A stretch of DNA of 44,913 nt from an uncultured Methanosarcinales archaeon (GTDB lineage Archaea; Nanobdellota; Nanobdellia; Woesearchaeales; SKGA01). This document shows, piece after piece, positions 36,280-44,815 of this stretch. Location of the stretch: positions 1 to 44,913 of the forward strand of contig CAZFEG010000002.1 of assembly GCA_964517565.1 (NCBI GenBank), in the 5' to 3' direction. A program made the translations under genes and the position numbers. The notes under the pieces are model-generated. The model searched no databases and had not been told where the DNA came from. It saw only the letters and a list, made by a program, of their open reading frames with translations. Positions within the stretch are counted from its first letter, which is position 1. Every line of letters begins with the position of its first letter.

Positions 36280-36787
36280 GTGACTGTCTCCTTTGATTTA
36301 ATAGAAAAATACCGTAGGGGATGAAACTGCTTACGGTGAATGTAATCCCTAACAATATTGGGTTGTGTTCTACACCTAGACCTATTATTTGGCTTATGTT
36401 TGCTGCTTGCTTTGAAATAATGATGCTTGTAACTATTGCGCTTAAAGGTATACAAAGACTTATGAGGATGTGGTGGTGTGTTTCGATACTTTCTATGTCT
36501 CTTGCAAGAATGCTCGCTAAACTACCGTATAATAGCCCTATGATGAATATGCTTATGAGTGCAGATGTTTTGTTAAGAATTAAGAGAAATGGTTCAATGA
36601 GCCATGCTCCTAGAATTGCTCCTCCAATAATAAATACAAAGAAAAGCCATATCCCTAGTTTTTCTAAGAATTTCATCCAAGGTAATGGTTTGTGATTAGT
36701 TTTTGCTTTTAACAGAACTCTTTTGGCATGATTTATTTCTTCATCATTCCAACCTTTTTGTTTTAGTTCTTGTTCTTTGATTTGCAT
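36266..36787 (-). CDS. Membrane protein (173 aa) that overlaps the next gene by 14 nt
   Basis: A charged N-terminus is followed by about four TM spans. Confidence 0.5.
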   Translation of the reverse strand: MQIKEQELKQKGWNDEEINHAKRVLLKAKTNHKPLPWMKFLEKLGIWLFFVFIIGGAILGAWLIEPFLLILNKTSALISIFIIGLLYGSLASILARDIESIETHHHILISLCIPLSAIVTSIIISKQAANISQIIGLGVEHNPILLGITFTVSSFIPYGIFLLNQRRQSHGAL

Positions 36788-36856
36788 ATTTCGTTTTGTG
36801 ATTTGCTTCCTTAAAAATCTATCCTTTACTTAGTTTGCAGGATATGTGTCAGATAT

Positions 36857-39388
36857 TTATTCTTCGTTTCTATCTTGAACTGGTTCTTCTGTGGTTTCTT
36901 CAGTTTCTTGATTTTCATCAGCAAGGTGTTCTTTATTTACTAATGCAATATTTTTTACTGCATCTCCTGAACCAAGTCTCATTACTCTGAGTCCTTGGGT
37001 GTTCCGTCCAATAACACTTATTTGTTGTATATTTGTTCTAATAATTATTCCTTGTTTTGATATGAGTAATACTTCCTCATCTCCTTCAACTGCTCGTACC
37101 GCTGCAACCTGACCGTTTCTTTCGCTACAAACAATATTTCGCACACCTTTACCTCCTCTGTTAATGAGTCTGTAATCGGTTACTGGTGTTCTTTTCCCAT
37201 ATCCGTTTTCTGTTATTGTGAGTATTGTTTGTTCGTCTGATACTATGTTCATACTAATAACTTCATCGTCTTTGCTTAAGGATATTCCTCGTACTCCTCT
37301 GCTTGTTCGTCCTATTGGTCTTGCGTCTTTTTCTGAGAATCGTATTGCTTGTCCTTTTTTTGTTGCTATGAGTACATTTTCATTTCCTTTAGTCATACGT
37401 ACTGCTACAACATCATCGCCTTCGTCTAAAGTAATGCCTATGATTCCTCCTTGTCGAGGTCTGGAGTAAGCGTCTAAACTAGTTTTTTTAACAACTCCTT
37501 TTTTTGTTGCGAGTAAAAGATTATGTTCTTCATCAAATTCACTAACTGGTATAACTGCTGCAATATTTTCATCTTGGTCAAGATTTACAAGATTAATTAT
37601 TGCTTTTCCTTTTGCTTGTCTTGATCCTTCAGGAACTTTGTATACTTTAAGCCAATGAACTTTTCCTTTGTCTGTGAAAATAAGCATGTATGAATGAGTG
37701 TTTGCTATGAAGATGTGTTCGACGATGTCTTCTTCTTTCATTCCTGTTCCTATAACTCCTCGTCCTCCTCTATTTTGGACTTTGTAACTGCTTATCGCTT
37801 GTCTTTTTGCATATCCTGATTCGGTGATTGTTATTACTTGATTTTCTTGAGGTATAAGATCTTCGTCTTCAATAGATTCATCTTCAATGTCGCTGATTAC
37901 TGTTCTTCGTTCATCGCTGTATGTTTCTTTTAATTCTAAAAGTTCTTCTTTGATAATTTGTTTTATTTTTTCTGCACTTGCAAGGATAGCTTCGAGTGCT
38001 TCAATTATTTTTAGAACATTTTCATAGTCTGTTTTTATTTTTTCTCGTTCAAGTCCTGTTAATCTTTGTAATTTCATGTCCAATATTGCTTGTGCTTGTT
38101 CTTCTGAAAGAGTGTAATTTTTTTGAAGTTCTTCTTTTGCAATTTGTGCGGATGTGGATTGTTTAATTAATGCGATTATTTTGTCAAGGTGACCTAATGC
38201 TATTGTGAGTCCTTCAAGAAGATGTGCTTTTTTCTTAGCTTTTCTAAGGTCATATTCTGTTCTTTTTTTTACGACTTGTTTTCTGTGTTTTACAAATTCT
38301 TGTATAATTTCTTTTAAGTTGAGAACTTTTGGTTCATTATCTACTATTGCTAAGAGATTTGCTCCAATTGTTACTTGTAATCTTGAGTATTTGAATAATT
38401 GGTTTTTAACAACTTCATTGTTAGCATCTTTTTTTAGTTCAATAACAACACGAATACCTTTTCTGTTGGATTCGTCTCGAATGTCTGAGATTCCTTCTAT
38501 TTTTTTATCTCGTACAGCGTCCGCTATTTGTTCTATGAGTGCTGATTTATTTACTTGATAAGGTATTTCTGTAACGACGATTGCATTTCGTCCTCGTACT
38601 TGTTCATCAACAAATATTCCTCGTACTTTGACGCGTCCTTTTCCTTTGTGATATATGTGTAAGAGATTATTTTTTCCTATGATTATTCCTCCTGTTGGAA
38701 GATCTGGACCTTTTATTTTTGTAAGTATTTCTGTAATGCTTGCTTCTTCATTTTCAAGAACAATTATGGTTCCGTCAATTACTTCTCCAAGATTGTGTGG
38801 TGGAATATTTGTTGCCATCCCAACTGCAATCCCATTAGTTCCATTAACGAGTAATGCTGGAAATTTTGTTGGTAGTACTGTTGGTTCTTTGAGGCTGTCA
38901 TCAAAGTTATTTCTGAATGGTACTGTTTCTTTGTCAATATCTGCGAGGAGCATTTCACTTATTTTTGCAAGTCTTGCTTCTGTATATCTCATTGCTGCTG
39001 GACTATCGCCATCAATACTTCCAAAGTTTCCTTGTCCGTGAATAAGTGGATATCTTAGTGAGAAATCTTGTGCCATTCTAACAAGAGTATAATAAACTGC
39101 AGTATCTCCGTGAGGGTGGTATTTTCCCAGAACTTCTCCTACGATTCTAGCACATTTTTTGAATGGTTTGTTGTGGAACATACTTAATTCATTCATTGCA
39201 AAGAGTATTCTTCTGTGGACTGGTTTAAGTCCGTCTCGTACATCAGGGAGTGCTCTTCCAATAATAACTGACATAGCATAATCAAGATATGCTTCTTTCA
39301 TTTCGTCTTCTATTACTGCTTGAATAATTTGTTCTCCTTCCCCTTCAATAATGGGGTTGGGATTAGTTACTATTTTGTCGTCTTCCAC
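36857..39388 (-). CDS. gyrA: DNA gyrase subunit A
   Basis: [31 protein letters not shown] and [10 protein letters not shown] are present, and the C-terminal beta-pinwheel repeats contain a GyrA-box-like [10 protein letters not shown]. The start is GTG. Confidence 0.95.
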   Translation of the reverse strand: MEDDKIVTNPNPIIEGEGEQIIQAVIEDEMKEAYLDYAMSVIIGRALPDVRDGLKPVHRRILFAMNELSMFHNKPFKKCARIVGEVLGKYHPHGDTAVYYTLVRMAQDFSLRYPLIHGQGNFGSIDGDSPAAMRYTEARLAKISEMLLADIDKETVPFRNNFDDSLKEPTVLPTKFPALLVNGTNGIAVGMATNIPPHNLGEVIDGTIIVLENEEASITEILTKIKGPDLPTGGIIIGKNNLLHIYHKGKGRVKVRGIFVDEQVRGRNAIVVTEIPYQVNKSALIEQIADAVRDKKIEGISDIRDESNRKGIRVVIELKKDANNEVVKNQLFKYSRLQVTIGANLLAIVDNEPKVLNLKEIIQEFVKHRKQVVKKRTEYDLRKAKKKAHLLEGLTIALGHLDKIIALIKQSTSAQIAKEELQKNYTLSEEQAQAILDMKLQRLTGLEREKIKTDYENVLKIIEALEAILASAEKIKQIIKEELLELKETYSDERRTVISDIEDESIEDEDLIPQENQVITITESGYAKRQAISSYKVQNRGGRGVIGTGMKEEDIVEHIFIANTHSYMLIFTDKGKVHWLKVYKVPEGSRQAKGKAIINLVNLDQDENIAAVIPVSEFDEEHNLLLATKKGVVKKTSLDAYSRPRQGGIIGITLDEGDDVVAVRMTKGNENVLIATKKGQAIRFSEKDARPIGRTSRGVRGISLSKDDEVISMNIVSDEQTILTITENGYGKRTPVTDYRLINRGGKGVRNIVCSERNGQVAAVRAVEGDEEVLLISKQGIIIRTNIQQISVIGRNTQGLRVMRLGSGDAVKNIALVNKEHLADENQETEETTEEPVQDRNEE

Positions 39389-39481
39389 GTGCTCATAGAA
39401 TTCTTGGACGTTTATAAGTCTTGCGCTACGACTTTTTCTCTTGCTTAAATTAGTTGTTTTTTCAGGCTTAGAAAGATGTAT

Positions 39482-39628
39482 TTATACTCTTGAGACTATA
39501 GTTTCACGGTTTACTGTGAAATGCCTATTGCAATAAACGCAAGTTTTTTTCCCAGGTAATGTGCTACTCGCTCTTGCTTGGTATTTCATTTTTTGCCTGC
39601 ATTTAGGACATTGCACAAGAAAGGTCAT
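39482..39628 (-). CDS. Small zinc-ribbon protein (48 aa), absent from the ORF track because it falls below its size cutoff
   Basis: My hand translation is MTFLVQCPKCRQKMKYQARASSTLPGKKTCVYCNRHFTVNRETIVSRV. It has CxxC...CxxC, and its ATG begins 1 nt after the scpB stop codon. Confidence 0.5.
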   Translation of the reverse strand: MTFLVQCPKCRQKMKYQARASSTLPGKKTCVYCNRHFTVNRETIVSRV

Positions 39629-39629
39629 T

Positions 39630-40499
39630 TTATAGATAGTTTTCTTCAGATTTTTCTTCTGTTTCGGCTAATTTTTCTAGTTCTTTTAATGGATCTTCTT
39701 CCTCTTTTTCTTTATCCATTTCTCTTTTTGGTAATTCTTGTTTTCCAATTCTTTTACTAATTTCTTCGATTTTTTTATCGATGTCGTTTAAGAATGATTC
39801 TTCTTCTTTTTTTTCTTCTTCTGTTTTTTCTTTTACTCTTGGTTGAATTTCTTGTTCTTGGATAGTGTTTGTTTCGTTTCCTGTTTTTTCATTCATATCT
39901 ATTATTGCTAGGTTTCCTAATTTCTGTTGGTCTCCTGCATTTTCTACAGTTTTATCTTGTCCTTTTTCTATAGCTATAATTTCTAATTCAGTTATTTTTT
40001 GTTGTTCTTTACGAAGGTTTGCAAATATTTCTCGTATTTCCTCATCTCCTTCAACATCAAAATAATTATAGAATTTTTCTGTTATTTTAAGAATGAATGT
40101 TCTTCCACTTTCATCTTTCGTGATGAATTTTTCTTTTACAAGAAGTTTTATGTGTTCGTACGCACTTTGTCCACGCATATTTACTACTTCTGCTTGCATA
40201 ACTGGACTTCTATATGCAACAACTGCTAAAGTTTTAAGAACTGGATTTGGAAGTTCTGTTTCACTTACAATGTCTTGTATGAGTTGAGTATATTTTCCTC
40301 GTACTGTGAGTTTCCATTTATCGTTATGTTCTGTTATAAGTAGACTTCCGTTTCTTTCTAAGAGGTTTTCTTGTAATTCTTTGAGCGCTTTACTTATTTT
40401 TGCAGGTTTGCTTTGGCAGTAGTCTGCTAGATTGCTTTCACTCACGCCTTTGCCTGATGCATATAATATTGCTTCAATTTGGTTTGTGAGTTCGTCCAT
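39630..40499 (-). CDS. scpB: ScpB-like segregation and condensation protein with a long Glu/Lys-rich C-terminal extension
   Basis: The tandem winged-helix pattern is IEAILYASGKGVSESNLADY... and LPNPVLKTLAVVAYRSPVMQAEVVNMRGQSAYEHIKLLVEKFI...GRTFILKITEKFYNYF. Confidence 0.7.
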   Translation of the reverse strand: MDELTNQIEAILYASGKGVSESNLADYCQSKPAKISKALKELQENLLERNGSLLITEHNDKWKLTVRGKYTQLIQDIVSETELPNPVLKTLAVVAYRSPVMQAEVVNMRGQSAYEHIKLLVKEKFITKDESGRTFILKITEKFYNYFDVEGDEEIREIFANLRKEQQKITELEIIAIEKGQDKTVENAGDQQKLGNLAIIDMNEKTGNETNTIQEQEIQPRVKEKTEEEKKEEESFLNDIDKKIEEISKRIGKQELPKREMDKEKEEEDPLKELEKLAETEEKSEENYL

Positions 40500-40509
40500 T
40501 TTCTTTTTT

Positions 40510-41127
40510 TTATTGTATGAGATAGTATTTTGTTTTCTCTTTTTTTATTTTTTTCTCTTTTATGAGTGCTTCAAGAAATTTCTCGGCATGTTCTTTATTC
40601 ATACCTATTTTTTTCCCTATTTGTTCTACATTTCGTGGTTCGCTAAGACTTAGTATGATTGCATTTCGAGTCATTGCATTAAAATTACGTATCAGCGTAT
40701 CTATTTGTCCTTGGTCTGATTTACGCACCATTCCTATTTCGTGTAGTTTTGATAGTAGATCATTAATCCAATTAGTAACGTCTTTTTGAGGAATTGTAAA
40801 TTTGCTTGGTTCAATAATTTCAATAGATGCTGGAGAAAAATTCATTGCTAGCCAAGTAATCTTTTCTAGATTTTTTACAACGAGTTCTACTTCCGCAATT
40901 ACGCTAAAGAGTCCTTCATCTAGTTCTTCTGCGGGTTCGTATTCTTCGTTAAGAAATGTAAGTTCTTCATCTGTTTTAATTGTTTCAACATATGCTTTTA
41001 TCGTTTTTTCTATATGTTCTTTTGGTTGTCCTACAACTTCAAAAATAACAGATATGTGAACTTGACCTTCTTCAATTAGTTTCTTTATGTTTATTTTTCC
41101 CATGGTTTTCGCCTTGTTCGTCATCAT
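40510..41127 (-). CDS. Hypothetical protein: an alpha/beta N-terminal domain plus a C-terminal winged helix (205 aa)
   Basis: The C-terminus NAIILSLSEPRNVEQIGKKIGMNKEHAEKFLEALIKEKKIKKEKTKYYL is wHTH-like. The start is ambiguous (41127, 41124 or 41103), and the gene overlaps the upstream gene's 3' end. Confidence 0.55.
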   Translation of the reverse strand: MMTNKAKTMGKINIKKLIEEGQVHISVIFEVVGQPKEHIEKTIKAYVETIKTDEELTFLNEEYEPAEELDEGLFSVIAEVELVVKNLEKITWLAMNFSPASIEIIEPSKFTIPQKDVTNWINDLLSKLHEIGMVRKSDQGQIDTLIRNFNAMTRNAIILSLSEPRNVEQIGKKIGMNKEHAEKFLEALIKEKKIKKEKTKYYLIQ

Positions 41128-42862
41128 TATATCGTTCTTTTTTTATAAATCTATCGAAAACCTTTCGAGGCCCGTAACCAAAGAAAACACCCACTAGAAG
41201 CGCTATAACTACCCCTCCTAAAATAATTTGTGATTGGGTTGAGCTTTTTTTGCTCGTACTCTCTACAGAAGTGGTCTTTGCTGTTAATAGATTATTTACT
41301 TCCTTTGTTTCTGTAAAATTATGTGTTTTTGCTGTTTCTCTTTCTTTAAGATCTAATTGTTTAACTGTGCTCTGGTTTTCATCTCCTGCCTGTATTATTG
41401 TTGTTATTTTTTCTTTTGCTGAAATATTTTCTAAGTCGAATTGAATTGTTTCTTCACCCCTTATATCTACTTCTTTTTCCCACGTATTTGTTTCTGTTTG
41501 TATTGTTATGTTAAGAGGACCTTCTGCTTTTACTCGCACATACCAGCTAAATATTTCACTCACATAAGTATTTCTATTGTATGTGTTCATTATTTCTATT
41601 GTTTTTTTCTTTTCTTGATTTGTTTTTTCTAGTTCGTTTTCTTCTTCTGTTTTATTTTCTTCTTCAGGAAGTTCTGGTAACTGTATTATTTCTGTTATTG
41701 ATTCTCCCAAACCCTCTATTTCTATTTTTATTAATTCGGTGCTCGTGAGTCTATTAAATGGCAAAATCATATTTATTTCTATTCTATTTTGCTTTTCTAA
41801 AACTTTAATCTTTTGTGTTTCATAAACTTTTGTTCCTTTTTGGTCTTTGAAATTTATTGTAATAACTGTTTTTGTTGTTTCGCCTTTTTTAATTTCAACA
41901 TTTAGTTGTATTTCTTCTTTTTTTGTGCTTTTATAATATTCTGCCTTTGTTATTTTTATTTCTGTTTCAAATTCTTCATTCTCCCCGCCTTCTCCAACGA
42001 GCATAATTAGTTTTTTATCGTTTGTTGTATTGCAGTTGTTTTGTGCTTCTGCGTGGACAAAGAACCCTTGTTCAGGTAATGTACTTGAGCTAAATGTATA
42101 TTTTTTTGTTTGAAGATTTTTTGTTGTGTATGGTGTTTTAAGAAATTTTCCAGAAAGATCTTTTATTGCATATGTAATACTTGTGTTTTCATTAAATGGT
42201 TCGACGTAGAAATTTATTTGTACTTGATCCCCGACTGCATATGTTATTTTATCAGTATAAACTTTTATGAGTAGCGGGCAAGATTCTTTATTTGTATTAT
42301 TCTCTTCAGAAGGTTTTGGAGTTTCGTTTGTTTCATTATCTTCTGTTTGGTTGATTGTTTCATTAATTGTTTGGTTAATATTTTCATGCACACTTTCATT
42401 CAAAGGATTGGTTATATTTGTGCTTATGTTCGTTTCATTTGTTTCAGATATTTCACAAGTAATATTTACGTCCCAAAAAAGACTTATATTTTCGTTCAGC
42501 GGAGTGAATATATTTCTGTATTCTCCTGTTTTATTTGCATAAAATGTTCCTGTATTTGCTTTAGTATATTTTTTAAAACTTTTTTGAATTTCTTCTTGTG
42601 AAATTCTTTTCCCTATATGTTCTGTTTCATGCAGATATGTTAATTCTAGGTTTTCATTGTTTGAGCTATAGTTTGTACGTTGTATGTGAAATACTGTTGT
42701 TATTTCTTCAAAACAAGCTGTTTGATTGGTGAGAAGCAATTCTATTCCTAGTTCTTCTCTATCATAGTTTATTATTTTCATTTCTGCAAGAATCATTTGT
42801 CCACAGAATAAAACAATTAGTATTCCCATCACACCCATAATAATTGGTTTTGTATTTGTCAC
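41072..42862 (-). CDS. Type-I membrane-anchored surface protein, sequon-rich (putative N-glycoprotein)
   Basis: It has an N-terminal signal/TM (IIMGVMGILIVLFCGQMILA) and a C-terminal TM (IILGGVVIALLVGVFFGY) followed by a short charged tail. The beta-rich repeats have a dense N-x-S/T cluster. Confidence 0.7.
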   Translation of the reverse strand: MTNTKPIIMGVMGILIVLFCGQMILAEMKIINYDREELGIELLLTNQTACFEEITTVFHIQRTNYSSNNENLELTYLHETEHIGKRISQEEIQKSFKKYTKANTGTFYANKTGEYRNIFTPLNENISLFWDVNITCEISETNETNISTNITNPLNESVHENINQTINETINQTEDNETNETPKPSEENNTNKESCPLLIKVYTDKITYAVGDQVQINFYVEPFNENTSITYAIKDLSGKFLKTPYTTKNLQTKKYTFSSSTLPEQGFFVHAEAQNNCNTTNDKKLIMLVGEGGENEEFETEIKITKAEYYKSTKKEEIQLNVEIKKGETTKTVITINFKDQKGTKVYETQKIKVLEKQNRIEINMILPFNRLTSTELIKIEIEGLGESITEIIQLPELPEEENKTEEENELEKTNQEKKKTIEIMNTYNRNTYVSEIFSWYVRVKAEGPLNITIQTETNTWEKEVDIRGEETIQFDLENISAKEKITTIIQAGDENQSTVKQLDLKERETAKTHNFTETKEVNNLLTAKTTSVESTSKKSSTQSQIILGGVVIALLVGVFFGYGPRKVFDRFIKKERYNDDEQGENHGKNKHKETN

Positions 42863-43028
42863 ACTTTCTTTTTTTTCTTTTTTCTTTTTGTATGTTTCTC
42901 GCTTTTTTCCGAAAATATTTCGCTTTTTTTACTTGTTAATTACCCCTTAGGTGATTGTTTTTTCTTAAGAGTGGTGAGAAATGTTTTAATAGTCTCAATT
43001 CTATTTTATTTAAAAAAGAGGTGTAATA

Positions 43029-43715
43029 TTGGGTTTATTTAGCTTTAACAAAAAGAAATCAGTACCAAGCGGTAGTTCTCAGTCTTCAAATATTTCAAAC
43101 ATTAATGATTTACCTCCTATTCCTACAATTTCTGATCCTTCAACTGTTTCAACATTAAATAGCTCTGAAAATCAAAAAGCTTTTGATGCAAAACTGGAAC
43201 CTTCTCTTGATTCTCCAACGCTTTCTTCAGAGAGTACTTCTTTAGAAACGCCTTCTTCAGAGACGCCATCTAGCGTTCCTCTTTTTGAAGATCCTATTGT
43301 TACTTCTTCCAAAGAATCATCTTCTCAAGACTTTGATGAATTATTGGATGCTCAAACATTAGATAATGGTGCTGAACCAGAAAGTGATGTTTCATCATCA
43401 GACTTTCCTCGTTTTGAAGAATCTTCACATGATTCACTTCAACCAACTCCTGAAGCTTCTGATTTAGCTTCCTTTGATGAATCCGAATTTGATTTTCATG
43501 ATTTGTTCATTGAACAAGAAAAATATGTTGAGGCAATTACTGGTCTAAAACGGACAAAACATGATTTCGAAAGACGTTTTGCAGAAAACACTATGGATTT
43601 CATTCAACCAAATGAAAAAACTGGCCGTCTATTAAAAAAGATGAAAGCAAACTTTATGAAATTTAATAAAAATCTATTAATTATTGATAGCAAACTCGCT
43701 AAAAGCAAAATGTAG
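43029..43715 (+). CDS. Hypothetical protein: an MGLFSF N-terminus, a Ser/Glu/Asp/Pro-rich disordered region of about 150 aa, and a C-terminal helical module of about 70 aa
   Basis: The TTG start is preceded by AGAGGTG. The C-terminal module is paralogous to the next two genes. Confidence 0.6.
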   Translation: MGLFSFNKKKSVPSGSSQSSNISNINDLPPIPTISDPSTVSTLNSSENQKAFDAKLEPSLDSPTLSSESTSLETPSSETPSSVPLFEDPIVTSSKESSSQDFDELLDAQTLDNGAEPESDVSSSDFPRFEESSHDSLQPTPEASDLASFDESEFDFHDLFIEQEKYVEAITGLKRTKHDFERRFAENTMDFIQPNEKTGRLLKKMKANFMKFNKNLLIIDSKLAKSKM

Positions 43716-43725
43716 GTGTTAACCA

Positions 43726-43959
43726 ATGAAAGAAAAATCTTCAGTTTTTATACGAATTCACGAGTACCGCCAAGTTCTTGATGTAGTTGACGCATTAAAA
43801 AAGCAGCTTGTTGAAGTACGTGGAACCCTAAATGACATTAATGATCTTCGTACTCGAGAAGATGAAGATTTACAAAAATGGCAATCAAAAATAGATGAGA
43901 TTGAACAAAATGTTTTAGCTGTTGATCAAACCCTTTTTGAACCTGATGAGAAGAGATGA
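43726..43959 (+). CDS. Hypothetical coiled-coil protein (77 aa), a paralogue of the flanking genes
   Basis: VFIRIHEYRQVLDVVDALKKQLVEVRGTLNDINDL...QKWQSKIDEIEQNVLAVDQTLF. Confidence 0.6.
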   Translation: MKEKSSVFIRIHEYRQVLDVVDALKKQLVEVRGTLNDINDLRTREDEDLQKWQSKIDEIEQNVLAVDQTLFEPDEKR

Positions 43960-43965
43960 ACTGAG

Positions 43966-44355
43966 ATGCCTGAGAATTTTTTTGTGAAAGTAATTGATCC
44001 TAAACATATTAGAATTAAACTTCTAGAAACTTCACGTATGTCTTTAGAAGCGTCTAAAGTGTACTTTAATTTAATGGTTCTTCGAGAGGAAAAAACTAAA
44101 CTTGTTACACATTTAAAATCTCAGCTTCATTTGATGATGTCTCTATTTACTGAATTGGAGACAAAATTACCTAATAAAGAATTATTGCATTCTATTGATT
44201 CTTCTCTTAAAAAACAAGAAGAATCTGAAAAAAAGAAGAAAAAAACAACGAAGAATAAACCTTCTAATTCTGAGCCTTTAAAGAAAGAATCTGAGCTTGA
44301 CGCTCTTAACGATGCTTTAGCTCTTATTGAAGAGAGACTTCGTTCATTAGATTAA
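43966..44355 (+). CDS. Hypothetical coiled-coil protein (129 aa), a paralogous N-terminal module plus a Lys-rich linker
   Basis: FFVKVIDPKHIRIKLLETSRMSLEASKVYFNLMVLREEKTKLVTHLKSQLHLMMSLFTELETKL. Confidence 0.6.
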   Translation: MPENFFVKVIDPKHIRIKLLETSRMSLEASKVYFNLMVLREEKTKLVTHLKSQLHLMMSLFTELETKLPNKELLHSIDSSLKKQEESEKKKKKTTKNKPSNSEPLKKESELDALNDALALIEERLRSLD

Positions 44356-44470
44356 TTAATTCTTTTTAAGTTCTGTTTTTTCAAAAGAATATTTTATAAA
44401 TCGTTTCTTATTTCTATTGGTTAGTTCGCAATACAAGCTCTTATATCTTTATTTGCGGACTAAATTTTGA

Positions 44471-44494
44471 AAGATAACTTTGCAAAGTTATCTT
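44471..44494. repeat. Perfect 24-nt palindrome AAGATAACTTTG|CAAAGTTATCTT
   Basis: I read it directly from the sequence. Its 3' arm AAGTTATCTT recurs at 44560-44569, immediately before the tRNA. Confidence 0.85.
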
Positions 44495-44569
44495 CAGAAT
44501 TTTGCATTATTCAAAATTTTGAAAGACAAAATAGTTATAATTTACTTTTGTCTTGAACTAAGTTATCTT

Positions 44570-44704
44570 GCGGGGATGCCGGAGTGGTCAAACGGGATGG
44601 ACTCAAGCGTTAAATCGTCATTGAGTGAAGAGCGCAACAGTTGCGTGATGACTGAGCAATCCATTGGCTTAGTGCCTACAAGGGTTCGAACCCCTTTCCC
44701 CGCA
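44570..44704 (+). tRNA. tRNA-Leu(CAA) with a 51-nt intron at the canonical 37/38 position (intron 44608-44658)
   Basis: The acceptor stem is GCGGGGA/TCCCCGC with discriminator A. The T arm is AAGGG-TTCGAAC-CCCTT. The anticodon stem is ATGGA/TCCAT, and the loop is CU-CAA-G[intron]A. There is a long variable arm (TGGCTTAGTGCCTAC) and no encoded CCA. A BHB-like fold is possible: CTCA pairs with intron TGAG, flanked by 3-nt bulges. Confidence 0.85.
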
Positions 44705-44786
44705 GTTTTTTCATAATTTTTTTTTTGTTCAAGCGTGCGAGTCGTTTTTTTTTCTTTGTGCGTTCAAGTTTTTTTTACTTGGACTC
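44688..44786 (+). repeat. Direct repeat copy 1: the last 17 nt of tRNA-Leu plus 82 nt of T-rich downstream flank
   Basis: It is identical to 44816-44913 except for one T-run length difference (10 vs 9 T) and one A/C substitution. Confidence 0.9.
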
Positions 44787-44815
44787 TCTTGTTTCGCCTA
44801 GTTGCACTGGCGTGG

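Noticed and set aside
44480-44716. A 78-aa ORF overlapping the tRNA-Leu gene
   Set aside because: It is fully explained by the tRNA and its intron and upstream dyads, and nothing in the sequence supports coding.
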